DNA of 64,000 nucleotides from Calditrichia bacterium (GTDB lineage Bacteria; Calditrichota; Calditrichia; JAJRVZ01): NCBI GenBank assembly GCA_963796965.1, contig CAWCNS010000007.1, positions 672,001 to 736,000 of the forward strand, read 5' to 3'. Shown piece by piece: positions 23,078 to 33,320 of this stretch (position 1 is its first letter; each line of letters starts with the position of its first letter). The notes under the pieces were generated by a model. It saw only the letters and a program-made list of their open reading frames with translations, ran no database searches and was not told where the DNA came from. The position numbers and the translations under genes were made by a program.

Positions 23078-23185
23078 GGTAATTCTCCTGTTTAAAACTG
23101 TTGGAATGTAACAAAGTTACAGTACAACAGAAAAATGACTGACACTTAAACATACCATCTCTGTGGCTAAAGAAAAGTTTGTATT

Positions 23186-23458
23186 TCACGCTAAGGCGCA
23201 ATGACGCGAAGTAAACCAAACACATTTTTTTCTTTTTTTTCTTTTTTCCTTTTTCTTTTTTCTTAAGAATCTTGGTGTGCTTAGTGTTTATCTTTTTTCT
23301 CACGCAAAGACGCCAAGACGCAAAGAAAAAATTACATTTTAAATTTCGGGAAGGCTAAATCACTTTCTATAACCACAAAACCTTGTCAACCATAGTTAAA
23401 AAAATAAAAATATTCTTTTCTTTGTGCACTTTGTGCATTCTTAGTGGACTTTGTGGTT
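23186..23458. repeat. Family A repeat cluster
   Basis: CACGCTAAGGCGCAATGACGCGAAG, CACGCAAAGACGCCAAGACGCAAAG and CTTTGTGCACTTTGTG..CTTAGTGGACTTTGTGGTT. Confidence 0.65.
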
Positions 23459-23468
23459 GTCTTTTCTT

Positions 23469-24539
23469 TCAATTATCATCCCAAATATTTATAAAATCTT
23501 CCCTGAAGTTTTTGTTTGGTTCAAAATATATCTGTTTTCTGAAATAATCAAATGTAACATTAAATTTCATCAACAATGGCAAGCCCAGGGTTCCGATTTC
23601 CACAACGTTTGAATTGACATTAGCGCTTTTCTCAGCCATTTCAAAAGGTACATGAGAGAGTGTATAATCGCCAACAATAACCTTTTCAAGTTTACCGGCA
23701 TAGGTATAGATAGCACCGGAAGCCCCATAACCATAGAGTTTTTTTTCGGTGTTTTCAGGGATCATCATATTTCGTGTTGGATTTTCTATTAAATACAAGG
23801 GTGCAACCGTCCCGAGATCCAGATCAACAGGCATTAATATCTCATCTTTTCCTTTAAATTTCAACCAAATATCTATACTATAACTTTCAAAATTGGCCTT
23901 TTTCATTGGAATTGGATTACCTTGGTCTGAAGAAGCAAAGGCGTCAGGTTTTGTTAATATCATTGTATTGCATTCGAAGTTGAATGTTACAATAAAATGC
24001 TTAAAGAGCATTGCACTTATCTGGCCATTTACACCAGGAAAATATTGATCATACCCAGCCTCTTTCATAGAAATTAAAGTGGGTTGGTCAAAGAATTTGA
24101 TACCCTTAAAATCGATATCAACGGTATTTCCCTCCTTGATAGCCGAGCCGCTGTCCTCACCTACCCCCGATACCTCAGAAACGTTATCATTTATATAGTG
24201 AAGACCTATTGAATCAACTTCACCGTTATAAAACCATACCGGATCCCATAAGGAGCCATTATCAATAAGTAATTTCACTTTTTTCCCATTTATTTTACCA
24301 TGGATAAGTAGATTCATACCATAGAATTCAAAGGGGATTTCTATCGTATCTTTATCATCTTCAATAGAATAAGTTCCCGGTGGCGTGCCTAGAATATTTA
24401 CGGAATCAGCATATTCTTTTTGCTTTATGGTATCATTTTTCATCTCTGTTTTGTCTTCGACTGCACAATTTCCGTAAATAACAGCCATCAACATTAAATA
24501 TCTCAGCGAAAGAGTAGATTTTTTCATTTTGGGATTCAT
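23469..24539 (-). CDS. Secreted two-domain retropepsin-like aspartyl protease
   Basis: LLIDNGS and VDLDLGT are DTG-like motifs. Also G.LG...L.KF.VTFDY. Confidence 0.7.
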   Translation of the reverse strand: MNPKMKKSTLSLRYLMLMAVIYGNCAVEDKTEMKNDTIKQKEYADSVNILGTPPGTYSIEDDKDTIEIPFEFYGMNLLIHGKINGKKVKLLIDNGSLWDPVWFYNGEVDSIGLHYINDNVSEVSGVGEDSGSAIKEGNTVDIDFKGIKFFDQPTLISMKEAGYDQYFPGVNGQISAMLFKHFIVTFNFECNTMILTKPDAFASSDQGNPIPMKKANFESYSIDIWLKFKGKDEILMPVDLDLGTVAPLYLIENPTRNMMIPENTEKKLYGYGASGAIYTYAGKLEKVIVGDYTLSHVPFEMAEKSANVNSNVVEIGTLGLPLLMKFNVTFDYFRKQIYFEPNKNFREDFINIWDDN

Positions 24540-24584
24540 GGATGATGATTGGATTGGTTATCGGTTCAATGGTTCACTTTTTCC

Positions 24585-24830
24585 TTTGGGACAACCGGAA
24601 TTCTGACAAAGGTATGATGGCTAATTCTGCACTATTCGGTTTTTTCCGCGGCCGCCATCGTTTGAATAAGCCACATAAAGTTTTCCTTCATGCTCAATGG
24701 CATAGGGATAACTAGAGCTGTACTTTTTACCGACTCACCCGGGCTAATTGGGCTGATATCATCTCGAATACGAAAGATATTGGAAAAAGTTATTTCTCCT
24801 GTTTTACTCAGAGAAATCGATAACGTTATT
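24585..24830 (-). pseudogene. C-terminal remnant of a BNR/sialidase-like protein
   Basis: The minus strand reads across frames ISLSKTGEITFSNIFRIR...SYPYAIEHEGKLYVAYSNDGGRG...SAELAIIP with no N-terminal part. Confidence 0.5.
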
Positions 24831-24950
24831 TCAGAATTACCTCATTTGACTCTCCCAGGTAATATTCTTTATACATTTTAGTTCATAATTTTCTTTGCGC
24901 TCTGCGAACTCAGCGTTAAATAATTACCTAATTGTTACAACAAACCTATA

Positions 24951-25864
24951 TCACTTATTAGTTTTTGTACCTCCTAAGAAAAACCTTACCGTAATCTGAG
25001 GATACTTCTCAAACTCCACACGAAACGCATCTTTGTTCCTTCCGCCATGGGGTGTCTCTGGCCAGGCCGTCTCTGACGGTATAGCCATTTTTCTTTAATA
25101 TGTTGGACAAACAACTTGCTATCTCAAATCGTTCGTCCAACGTACCGCACATGACAAGAAAGGGAATCTCCATTAGCTCCCGGGGAGCCGGTTGACCGGC
25201 AACTTTTGCAACCCGAGATCAAATAAATTTTTTTGTGACGCTTTGAGGTCTTCTCCATTCTTAGGCGAAGCCAGATATGATTCCGGGTCTTTCACTTCTC
25301 CGATTGTATACATAAAAAATCTTCCGCACGGTGTTGTCCATGATCCTGCTGCCAGAGGAGCGCAGGCATGAACAAGATCTGGATTCCCCAGGGCAAATCG
25401 ATGGGCGAATTGGGCGCCTCTGGAGTAACCGGTAAGGAGAATTTTGGGTTTTAGTTTATAAACGTTTTTAACTTCTTCGATCATGCTTTTAAGAAAGGGA
25501 CCTTCACCAAGAACAGGGAATCGTTCCTTATTTGGTTCATCTTTCAAGAAGGAAGGTGAAATGATAATAACATTTAAGTCGATCTCATTAGCAACCCGCC
25601 TCAAATCACTTGCCAGCCAAAAGGTTTTGCCATTGCTGCCACCTCCATGTGCCGCCACCAAGGCCCAGTAAGTCTGATCGATGTCATAGTCTTTGGGAAG
25701 CCAGATGAAGTATTCCCGCTCAATACCTTCATAACCAAAAACATGGCGGATGGGCTCTTCTGATTGGGAAAGATTTTCTGTAATTGTCTGTGCTGAAGTG
25801 GTGTTGACTAAAAATCCTATACATCCGGCAGCAAGAATATGCATATATTTATGGTGTATTATCA
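24951..25864 (-). CDS. Secreted alpha/beta hydrolase (esterase/PHB-depolymerase-like), frameshifted C-terminus
   Basis: HGGG and GYSRG nucleophile elbow. The tail IPFLVMCGTLD...PHGG is in other frames and ends at 24951. The start is uncertain. Confidence 0.7.
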
Positions 25865-26106
25865 TGGATATTATTTTGTCATGTATCTTTGAGTACCTTG
25901 TGGTTATCTTTTGGCTCACGCAGCGACGCTACGCTGTATAGAAATAAATTTAGGCTTTAGATCTCAGTAATCCAAAATCACAATATAAAACCCCAGATCT
26001 AAGTCAACTGAGATCATAAAATTATAAATAATCTTTTCTCTGTGTACTTTGTGCCTTCTTTGAGTACATTGTGGTTATCTTTATTTATATATAGAAACAA
26101 ATGATT

Positions 26107-29100
26107 CTATCTGAGTAAAAGAAATTTCTTGGTTGCGGCAAATGAGCCTGCTTGCAAGCGATATATATATATGCCACTTGCCAGACCTGTTGCATTGAAA
26201 CGCACCGATTTGAATCCCGGTTCTTGTACATCATCAACCAGCGTTTTAACCTCCCGTCCAAGTACATCGAACACCTTAAGCATTACATGACCTCGTTTTG
26301 GTAGTTCATAATTGATCGTTGTGCTTGGATTGAATGGGTTTGGATAATTCTGATGGAGGACATAATCCTCAGGCAGACAGACGCATGGTTTCTTCTTCAA
26401 TGCCTGTAGCGTCTTGTACACTGAGAGGTACAAAGCCGATATTGTTATCTTCATGGATTTCTGTGATTGCATCGTCAGGATCAATCACCGCATAGACAGT
26501 TGCCGTCGCTACTCAGACCGGAAGGGACTACCCAGTCCATATATACCATCGTACGGTTTTGTGCAGGAATTGATCCGTCTGTACTCAGATCAGTAAGCCC
26601 TCCGATTCCCTCGATCGGAGTTCCCCCTTCCGCCGGATTCCCCAGATAAAAACGACAGAAACAGGACCTGCCGTATTCTTGAGACTAAAATTGTGAACAT
26701 TTCGCCGTGATTGTGAGCGGTGTCGCCGGCGGCCGGGGCAATGGGGGAGACATGAAGACTTTTACAGTAGAACTTTAAATCGCCGGTTCCGCCGATCCCT
26801 TTCAATGAATCCAACCGCCAGGGGAGAATAAATCCGGGATCAGAATGCGACAGATAGTTTTTATCCCAGAATGTTCCGAGATCAGGACTCCCCGTTGAGG
26901 AGGGATCGATGGCATAATCTATCACCATCGCACCGTTTTCTCCCCAATACATATAGGGCGTTACCAGGTAGTCAGTATCTCCAAACGTCTTGTCCGTGTC
27001 CGATACTTCCACTTCTATCAACACATCCTTTGTTGCTGTACTTGTATGTGTGCTAATTTCTTCCCTTGAATATCTTCCGGATACCTTTGCCTCCATTCCC
27101 CAACCACTGACAGATGCCCCGACCTCAGTACCAATGGTGTTCGTCAGCTGGTTTTCATCGATGGTCTGGTTAGCAAGGTCAAGAGTCCAACTTCCTGAGC
27201 TGGCGAGGGAAACATATTTGCCCGTAAAACTGGTTAGCAATTTGGCACCTGTCCATCCGGCGACGTCATCCTTACGCAAGGTACGAGAAGAGATTTCCGA
27301 CTTCGTGATTTGCCATCCAGTTGCGCGCTTTGACATTCCTGCTTGGGAACCATTCTGTTCCGCGGTAATGTGGAATCTGAACGAGAATGTTCGCCACGCG
27401 ATTTCCCATCGCGTATAAGGGATATTCCCAGAAATCATAGTCGGTGACCGTGGCCAGGATCCAGTTATCACCTGTAGACGTCGTCACCTGACTGGCAGTG
27501 ACAGTGGTGTTCTCCGAATGAGAACCATAATAACCTGCATCGTATGATGTCTTTACGTACGCCTTTACCTTGACACCAAAGAAGCTGGTCCCGCCACTGA
27601 CTTCTCCTGATACACCCCAACCCTGCTTCAGTTCAGAAGAGAAGTAGGAACTCTGACTCTGGGTCTCTGTGTAGGTTACCTTAAACTCGCTTGGTGTCGC
27701 ACCATGGACTTTACAAATATCATAGATCTGATCATTCAAATAATCAAAATGCGTTGGCGGTACGTTTAATTCAACGATTGGTTGGTACACGGAGTTCTTA
27801 GTTATAAGTGTGGGAGGACCAAGCCGTATGGCATCGCCATCAAAATCACCCACTGCGATCTCGCTCCTGCGTGATTTAATGGCCGAAGTATACACCGATT
27901 TCTGACTCAATCCGACAATATCATCACTTGCATTGATGTCCGGAGAAAGCACCCGGGTCACGGTGGTGGAATCCTGTTTATGTTCCGCCACAATGATTTC
28001 CTGAATCCAGGTAGAGCTTGCTTGTGTCAGCATCCATATCAGCGACGGCAAGAAAGCGCCTCCTCTCGTAAGTCTCCAGGGCACCGGTGTTCAGGAAGGG
28101 CGTCTTGGCATTCCCTCCACCGCAATAATACGGTACGAAAGAAGAATTGAATTTCAAGCACCGCCACTTCACCCGGACCGGCTACAATAAGTTCTTCACC
28201 ATCATTCTTTTGGGGATTGAGATCTGAAGCCACAGCGTCAGACTCCCATCCATCTCCCCACGTCCATCCAGCAGGTGACGAACCGGGAGGATCCCACCAA
28301 CCGAGAAAGGTTCCCGCAGTGGTAATGTAATTAAAGACTTGTCGTCCACTGTTTCCACTTGTCAACGTGAGGGAGACCACCACTTCATCGTATCCAAGAT
28401 TCCGGAAATCGCCGGTAGTAATCTTAAGTCTCTTCCAATTAGCCCATTCTCCACTCGTTGTATTAACGCTATTAGATCCATTCCAATTGAAAATTTTATT
28501 GACCGGGTCATACTTATACTTCACGACAGTCATGTAGGGTGCTGCTGGCCCAGTGTTATCATGGTAGACTTGGAAAAGCTCATCCCGGCCATCGCTGTTG
28601 AGATCGCCAGCGGCGATGTCATAAGGAGATCCGGAAGAGACTAATGCGGCCGTTCCCTGAATGAGGTTTAGGCCCTGATCATCCATATAGTAAGGAACTA
28701 TTCTAAGTGCAGAGCCGGTTGGCGCACATACAACTATTTCCTTCCGAAAAGTCGAATCCAGGTTCACGGCAAGCAACCGTATGGGGCCGGAAGATGTCCA
28801 TGAACTACTCAAGAGCAAGTGTTGACTCCACTCCCAATTGTATGTTGGTTTCAACCTTGTGGCACAGCTCATCTCCAGATGCAGATACCCATCTGTTGAG
28901 ACCCACCCGGTAAGGATCTCATCGATTCCATCTCCATTGAAGTCCCCGGCAATGCAATCCGACCACAATTCATCGTTAATACCGTATGATCCGGAGCCCG
29001 GTACGTAAGGCAAGTCTTTCGGCAATCTGTCCATCGGCGGTCAGATCGAATATTCTTTGCGACGGAACCTGATCTGATAAACCCCGAACACTATCCGTGA

Positions 29101-29251
29101 TAGAAACAATTTCTACTGAGTTCGCGAAAACGGGGTACCCTCCCGTTTTAGGATCGAGAAGAGGATCATGTTTGGTCATGTCCTGTGCAGTAGCATTTAA
29201 TGACAGCAAGCAAAGCAGCGTGACAACAAAAACCGAGAGTGTCTTTTTCAT
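26107..29251 (-). CDS. Large secreted protein with FG-GAP repeats, Ser/Thr-rich beta region, CARDB-like domain and C-terminal sorting domain; about 6 frameshifts
   Basis: Signal peptide MKKTLSVFV...ATA, repeats AGDFNGDGIDEI, AGDLNSDGRDEL and GDF.N.G.DEV. C-terminus LHQNYPNPFNPSTTI.Y.L...LASGIYIYRL. Seven overlapping minus-strand ORFs tile the span. Confidence 0.75.
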
Positions 29252-29607
29252 TTTGAATCCCCATTTCATATGGACAATGATAATGAACTTTCATGAAGCG
29301 TATAAAATGAAAACAACAATGCATTTATCTCAATCATGCATTAGAAGTTCAAGTGCTTTCAACTTAATGAAAACAATCACAATGTAATCTTAAAAGAATC
29401 CACATGTCCTTGCTTTACTCCCATATATATGATTATTGTGATTTCAATATTAAATTAAGTGTCGGCTATTATTGATAGTGATAAGTAAAGAATCTACAAT
29501 CCAATATACACTTTGTTCTATAAAACACAAACCTTAATCTGACTTTCTAAATTATTTTTTTCATTCTTTATATTATTGCAGAGATTTGAGACGGACAACC
29601 AAACAAT

Positions 29608-31836
29608 TTAATAGATATAGGGGTGTTCTTTATGTAACAATGGCCGCACCTGAATGTCCTTAAAATTTACCCGACCATCTTTTACAAAGAAAACCAACTT
29701 ATCACTTTTATGATTATCAATATCTCTCAGGCGGTTGATAATCGTTCGTCGTCTGTCAATACAAACATCGACAATTCGATCTTTAATAATAATCTCCAAT
29801 TGGAAGGGTTCAGCAAGACCTTTCACATCGCTGATGTGAAAATTATATCCTTTCCAGGCAGGATCATTTGATTCTCTGGCCAACGATCCATTCTCTGGGT
29901 TACCGAATTGGACACGTTCTTTTTCAGGTTCAAACCTCAGTTCACGACCGCTGTTATAATCGTCCCCACCCCTTACACATAAACCAAAGACTTCTGTACC
30001 CTGTTCTGGTACCACATCCATTCTGATATAGACATCCTGTTCAACATTAGAAAGCATACCCATTTCCAGGTCGCTCTCTCCCTGAATTGTAATCAACCCC
30101 GCATTACCTGTTGCGCCTTTGGTTTGTGGGCTAAAGATAAGATCCAAAGGCGGGCCACTTTTCGGAATCACTTCATCGGGCCATTTCATGCCCAAATGAC
30201 CGCCAGGATATTGTACAAGTTCGCGCATCACAATATTACCACCCCAGCCGGGATAATCGACAAATCCACAAACGATCTTACGCCCATCTTTAAAATCCGC
30301 CACCTTGGGTACCATTAGTCCATCGTAAATAATCTCACTAATCGCTTCCCAAGGACCAAGAGGCATGCCTGATTTCCAGAGAGCATTCCGACCCAAAATA
30401 AAATAGTACCAGTCACCAAATTGAAAATGATCGGGACATTCATCTGAAGTGCCTTTCGGTTTTTTGACGAGTTCCTTTCCCTCATCCTTCCAGGTTTTCA
30501 TATCGGAAGATTTAAGTAACTGCGTACCATGGCGGATCAGATAGAATTTATCTGAGTCTTCATCAAAAAACACCTCCACGTCATGCCCTTCCAATAACCG
30601 CTTGAAGTCTTTTGTGAAATTTATTCCGTCTCGGCTGGTAGAGACAAATACAGCTGAACCGTGATGTGGTTTATCGATAAATTCCGTCCGGATGCCACAA
30701 TCGGTATAAAAAGCATAAAAAGTGCTGTCTTTGTGGTTATATATGACACAACAGGTACCCATTGAATTTTCCCATTGTTTGAGAATCGGTACAGCCAGGG
30801 GATGTTCTGTCCAATTAACAAGATCGGTACTACTTAAATGGGCAAACTGGTGCGCACCTTTATTCCATTTGCTGCCATGATGCCGGCGATCAAAAAGGTA
30901 AAACATGTGAAAAACCCCATCATGGTAATAAGGTAGACAATCTCCGGCAAAACCCTGCCCTCTTGGTTTCCAATACTGGATTTGAATATCTTTTGGACCC
31001 AATATCTCTTTATCTCGTATGCTGACAGCCTGCTGGCCACCACTTATCTGAATGATTTCCTCATGACTCAGGGCCCGGTCCCATAAGGCAACATGATCAA
31101 TAAAACCCTTAAAACCTGATTGTACCCTGCCATCCTGTAGTTGAGCAGCAATTAAAAAGGGGGCTTGGAACCGGTATAATTCCCCATGTGGCCATTCTTC
31201 ATCTACAAGCACGCCATCAACATAGAGTTCCAGGTTCGCATCCGCAAACCGAATTACAATATCATGCCAGCGACCATTGGCAAAGTTTTCAGTTTTGACA
31301 CCCAGCTCCAGGATCCCATCAAAAAAACGCTGCTGGTGTTTGCCAATCACCTGTCCATCCTCCATCCTGACCCTTTCCTGTACAGGTCCGGTCTGCCATA
31401 AGTAATTCAGTTTCTGATTTTCTCCATACAACACCTGAGAATACGTATTATCCTCATCATACCGACCAAACAGAGGTGAACGCCATGTCTCATTATCAAC
31501 TTTTATTCGCATTAATAATGTCATTGCTTTACCGGAAAGGTTGAAATTCTCTCCGATTTTAGATCCGGCGAGAAAATAGCCACCATCAACTCTCGCCACA
31601 AACCCATCGCCACCACGCTTTTTGGATTGGAGTAATTCATCACCCTGAAGTTTGATTCCGATCCGAATTTTGCCTTCAGGTGTAAGAGTACAGCCACCTC
31701 CGCCATGATCATGAAGATCTGCCATAATCCATAATGCTGCAGCATCCTTAAATACAATTTTAGTTGACGCAAGGATGTTCGATTGAGCAAGGAGCAAGAC
31801 AAAAAGCAAAACAATTATTTTCATTAAATTCTCCAC
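29608..31836 (-). CDS. GH32-like glycoside hydrolase with N-terminal LamG domain
   Basis: WHDI...LYVDG...IDHVALWDRALS (LamG), plus GDCLPYYHDGVFHMFYL, S.DLVNW and ECPD.F. Confidence 0.82.
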   Translation of the reverse strand: MENLMKIIVLLFVLLLAQSNILASTKIVFKDAAALWIMADLHDHGGGGCTLTPEGKIRIGIKLQGDELLQSKKRGGDGFVARVDGGYFLAGSKIGENFNLSGKAMTLLMRIKVDNETWRSPLFGRYDEDNTYSQVLYGENQKLNYLWQTGPVQERVRMEDGQVIGKHQQRFFDGILELGVKTENFANGRWHDIVIRFADANLELYVDGVLVDEEWPHGELYRFQAPFLIAAQLQDGRVQSGFKGFIDHVALWDRALSHEEIIQISGGQQAVSIRDKEILGPKDIQIQYWKPRGQGFAGDCLPYYHDGVFHMFYLFDRRHHGSKWNKGAHQFAHLSSTDLVNWTEHPLAVPILKQWENSMGTCCVIYNHKDSTFYAFYTDCGIRTEFIDKPHHGSAVFVSTSRDGINFTKDFKRLLEGHDVEVFFDEDSDKFYLIRHGTQLLKSSDMKTWKDEGKELVKKPKGTSDECPDHFQFGDWYYFILGRNALWKSGMPLGPWEAISEIIYDGLMVPKVADFKDGRKIVCGFVDYPGWGGNIVMRELVQYPGGHLGMKWPDEVIPKSGPPLDLIFSPQTKGATGNAGLITIQGESDLEMGMLSNVEQDVYIRMDVVPEQGTEVFGLCVRGGDDYNSGRELRFEPEKERVQFGNPENGSLARESNDPAWKGYNFHISDVKGLAEPFQLEIIIKDRIVDVCIDRRRTIINRLRDIDNHKSDKLVFFVKDGRVNFKDIQVRPLLHKEHPYIY

Positions 31837-31880
31837 ACGCCCCTAATAAAAGTATTATATAGTCATCAGTTAGATTCTTT

Positions 31881-32183
31881 TTAAACGCGGAGTTCGCAGA
31901 GTTCCGCAGAGATAATAAGAATCTTTACTCTGCGTTCTCTGCGCTCTTTGCGTTTAAAAATCACTCTTTCACAACGAGAGTTGAAAGCCAATCTCTGATT
32001 ACCTGCCTCTCTGGAATATTCCGCTACTACCTGTCTGACACGTTTTCCGGGAGCGGGTTTTCCTTCGGATATAGAAAGTACAGTCAGGTCAGTAGGAATT
32101 ATATTGATATCCGGGTTATCTGCAGAATAAGCAAAGAGGATAAAAATGAACACATATGTCAAAATGTAAATTATTATTCGCAT
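31881..32183 (-). pseudogene. Truncated N-terminal fragment of a secreted protein, running into a family A repeat
   Basis: Signal peptide plus PTDLTV...PAPGKRVRQV.AEY. The last residues (KERRERRV..SAELCELRV) are translated repeat (31883-31956). Confidence 0.5.
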
Positions 32184-32238
32184 GTCTTTTTTTGTTTTGT
32201 TTTTGTTTACTCAAATACAACAGTAGGGGCACGATCTA

Positions 32239-32350
32239 TTCCCCCTTAGAAGAGGAGTTAGCCCCAGAAGGGATGTCTTAGGCATAGGATGTATTTACAT
32301 AACTTATAGGCAAATAACATCCCCCTTAGTCCCCCTTTCCAAGGGGGAGA
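32239..32350. repeat. Family B inverted repeat pair with a nested hairpin mini-insert (32262-32284)
   Basis: TTCCCCCTTAGAAGAGGAGTTAG[..]TAGGATGT ... ACATCCCCCTTAGTCCCCCTTTCCAAGGGGGAG. Confidence 0.6.
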
Positions 32351-32450
32351 CAGATCCTTGCCACCCTAAGGATAGTGCAAATTAACCTATACTGCAACAG
32401 AATAATTAAGAGGTAATTGGTTTTACCACCAAATAAATTTGTTCAACCCC

Positions 32451-32885
32451 TTAATCAATAGCACCGCCAAGCAACTTTAAAGTTTTTAGTGATGCCTCAA
32501 TTTGTGGTTCCTCGAGATGGGCCAAAAGATCCTGAGCGACATTATCCAACCCAATAACAGATTCAGACAAGATCCGCTCTCCTGTCGGGGCAATTTTAAC
32601 AAAACTTACCCGGGCATCACGTTCATTTGCTTCTTTTGTGACTAAACCAATTTTTTCCATAGGGGCGATCAAGCGCGTAATACCAGATGCTGTAAGACCT
32701 GTTTTATTAGCAAGATCAATCCGCCTCATTTTATTTTCCTGGGAATTGGACAAATGATACAGGATCATAAATTCACTAAAACTGATCCCATGTATACTTA
32801 ATTGGGCATCCAATACTTTGGACATTACCGACTGAACCATCGATTGATTCATAATAAATTTTAGAGATGAACTGAGATTCAACAT
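32451..32885 (-). CDS. MarR-family transcriptional regulator
   Basis: GISFSEF.IL..L, DLA...GLT.SGITR....E..GLV......D.R. AAGGAG Shine-Dalgarno before ATG 32885. Confidence 0.9.
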   Translation of the reverse strand: MLNLSSSLKFIMNQSMVQSVMSKVLDAQLSIHGISFSEFMILYHLSNSQENKMRRIDLANKTGLTASGITRLIAPMEKIGLVTKEANERDARVSFVKIAPTGERILSESVIGLDNVAQDLLAHLEEPQIEASLKTLKLLGGAID

Positions 32886-32905
32886 GGCAACACACTCCTT
32901 GACAT

Positions 32906-32949
32906 ATACTTGATTGCTCAAATATATATCAATTACTTCTAATTGTCAA
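32906..32949 (-). promoter_or_regulatory. Sigma70-type promoter with overlapping palindromic operator for the MarR gene
   Basis: TTGACA (32949-32944), 17 nt, TATATT (32926-32921). The near-palindrome ATATTTGA-GCAA-TCAAGTAT overlaps the -10/+1 region. Confidence 0.65.
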
Positions 32950-32987
32950 CCCACTTAATTTAAATGGTGTTATTCTGGATATTTTCT

Positions 32988-33212
32988 CTACTTACTCTCC
33001 TGATCAGTATCTACATAAAATTCCGCTACTCTCATTTCTTCTCGCTCACCGGCAAAGCCAACCCGAAATGAATCCGTTTTTGTAGTCCCACCATGACCAG
33101 GATCGATGCAGATTCTTTTGTCCTTTAGAGAGTATTTTGTTGAATCACTACAACAATAGATCAGAGGGAGAATTAAGGCGATACTACTTATATATCTATA
33201 TTTTAAATTCAT
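32988..33212 (-). pseudogene. Truncated N-acetylmuramoyl-L-alanine amidase (Amidase_3) N-terminal fragment
   Basis: Lipoprotein-like signal, then L..K.ICIDPGHGG...G..GERE, ending after 74 aa. Confidence 0.6.
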
Positions 33213-33320
33213 ATCTAAATTTAGTGTGGTGTTAACGGATAGATACTCTTGTAATTAAAATATTCGCCAGATCGAAAAATCCAATCCAAACGATCAATTC
33301 CCTCATTTCCAAGCGGATAC

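Larger units (their letters stand above)
21763..23160 (-). mobile_element. IS110-family element of IS1111 type (subterminal IRs, long 3' non-coding end)
   Basis: CT/AG core at 21763-64 and 23159-60. Subterminal IRs are TATGTTAAGTGTCAAGT (21767-21783) and ACTGACACTTAAACATA (23138-23154). The 5' end is about 80 nt and the 3' end about 245 nt. Confidence 0.88.

Noticed and set aside
23043..23303. 86-aa Lys-rich ORF
   Set aside because: It is a translation of a poly-T tract, family A repeats and the IS end.
29300..29380. Direct repeat AATGAAAACAA as an operator
   Set aside because: Only two copies in AT-rich DNA, so support is insufficient.
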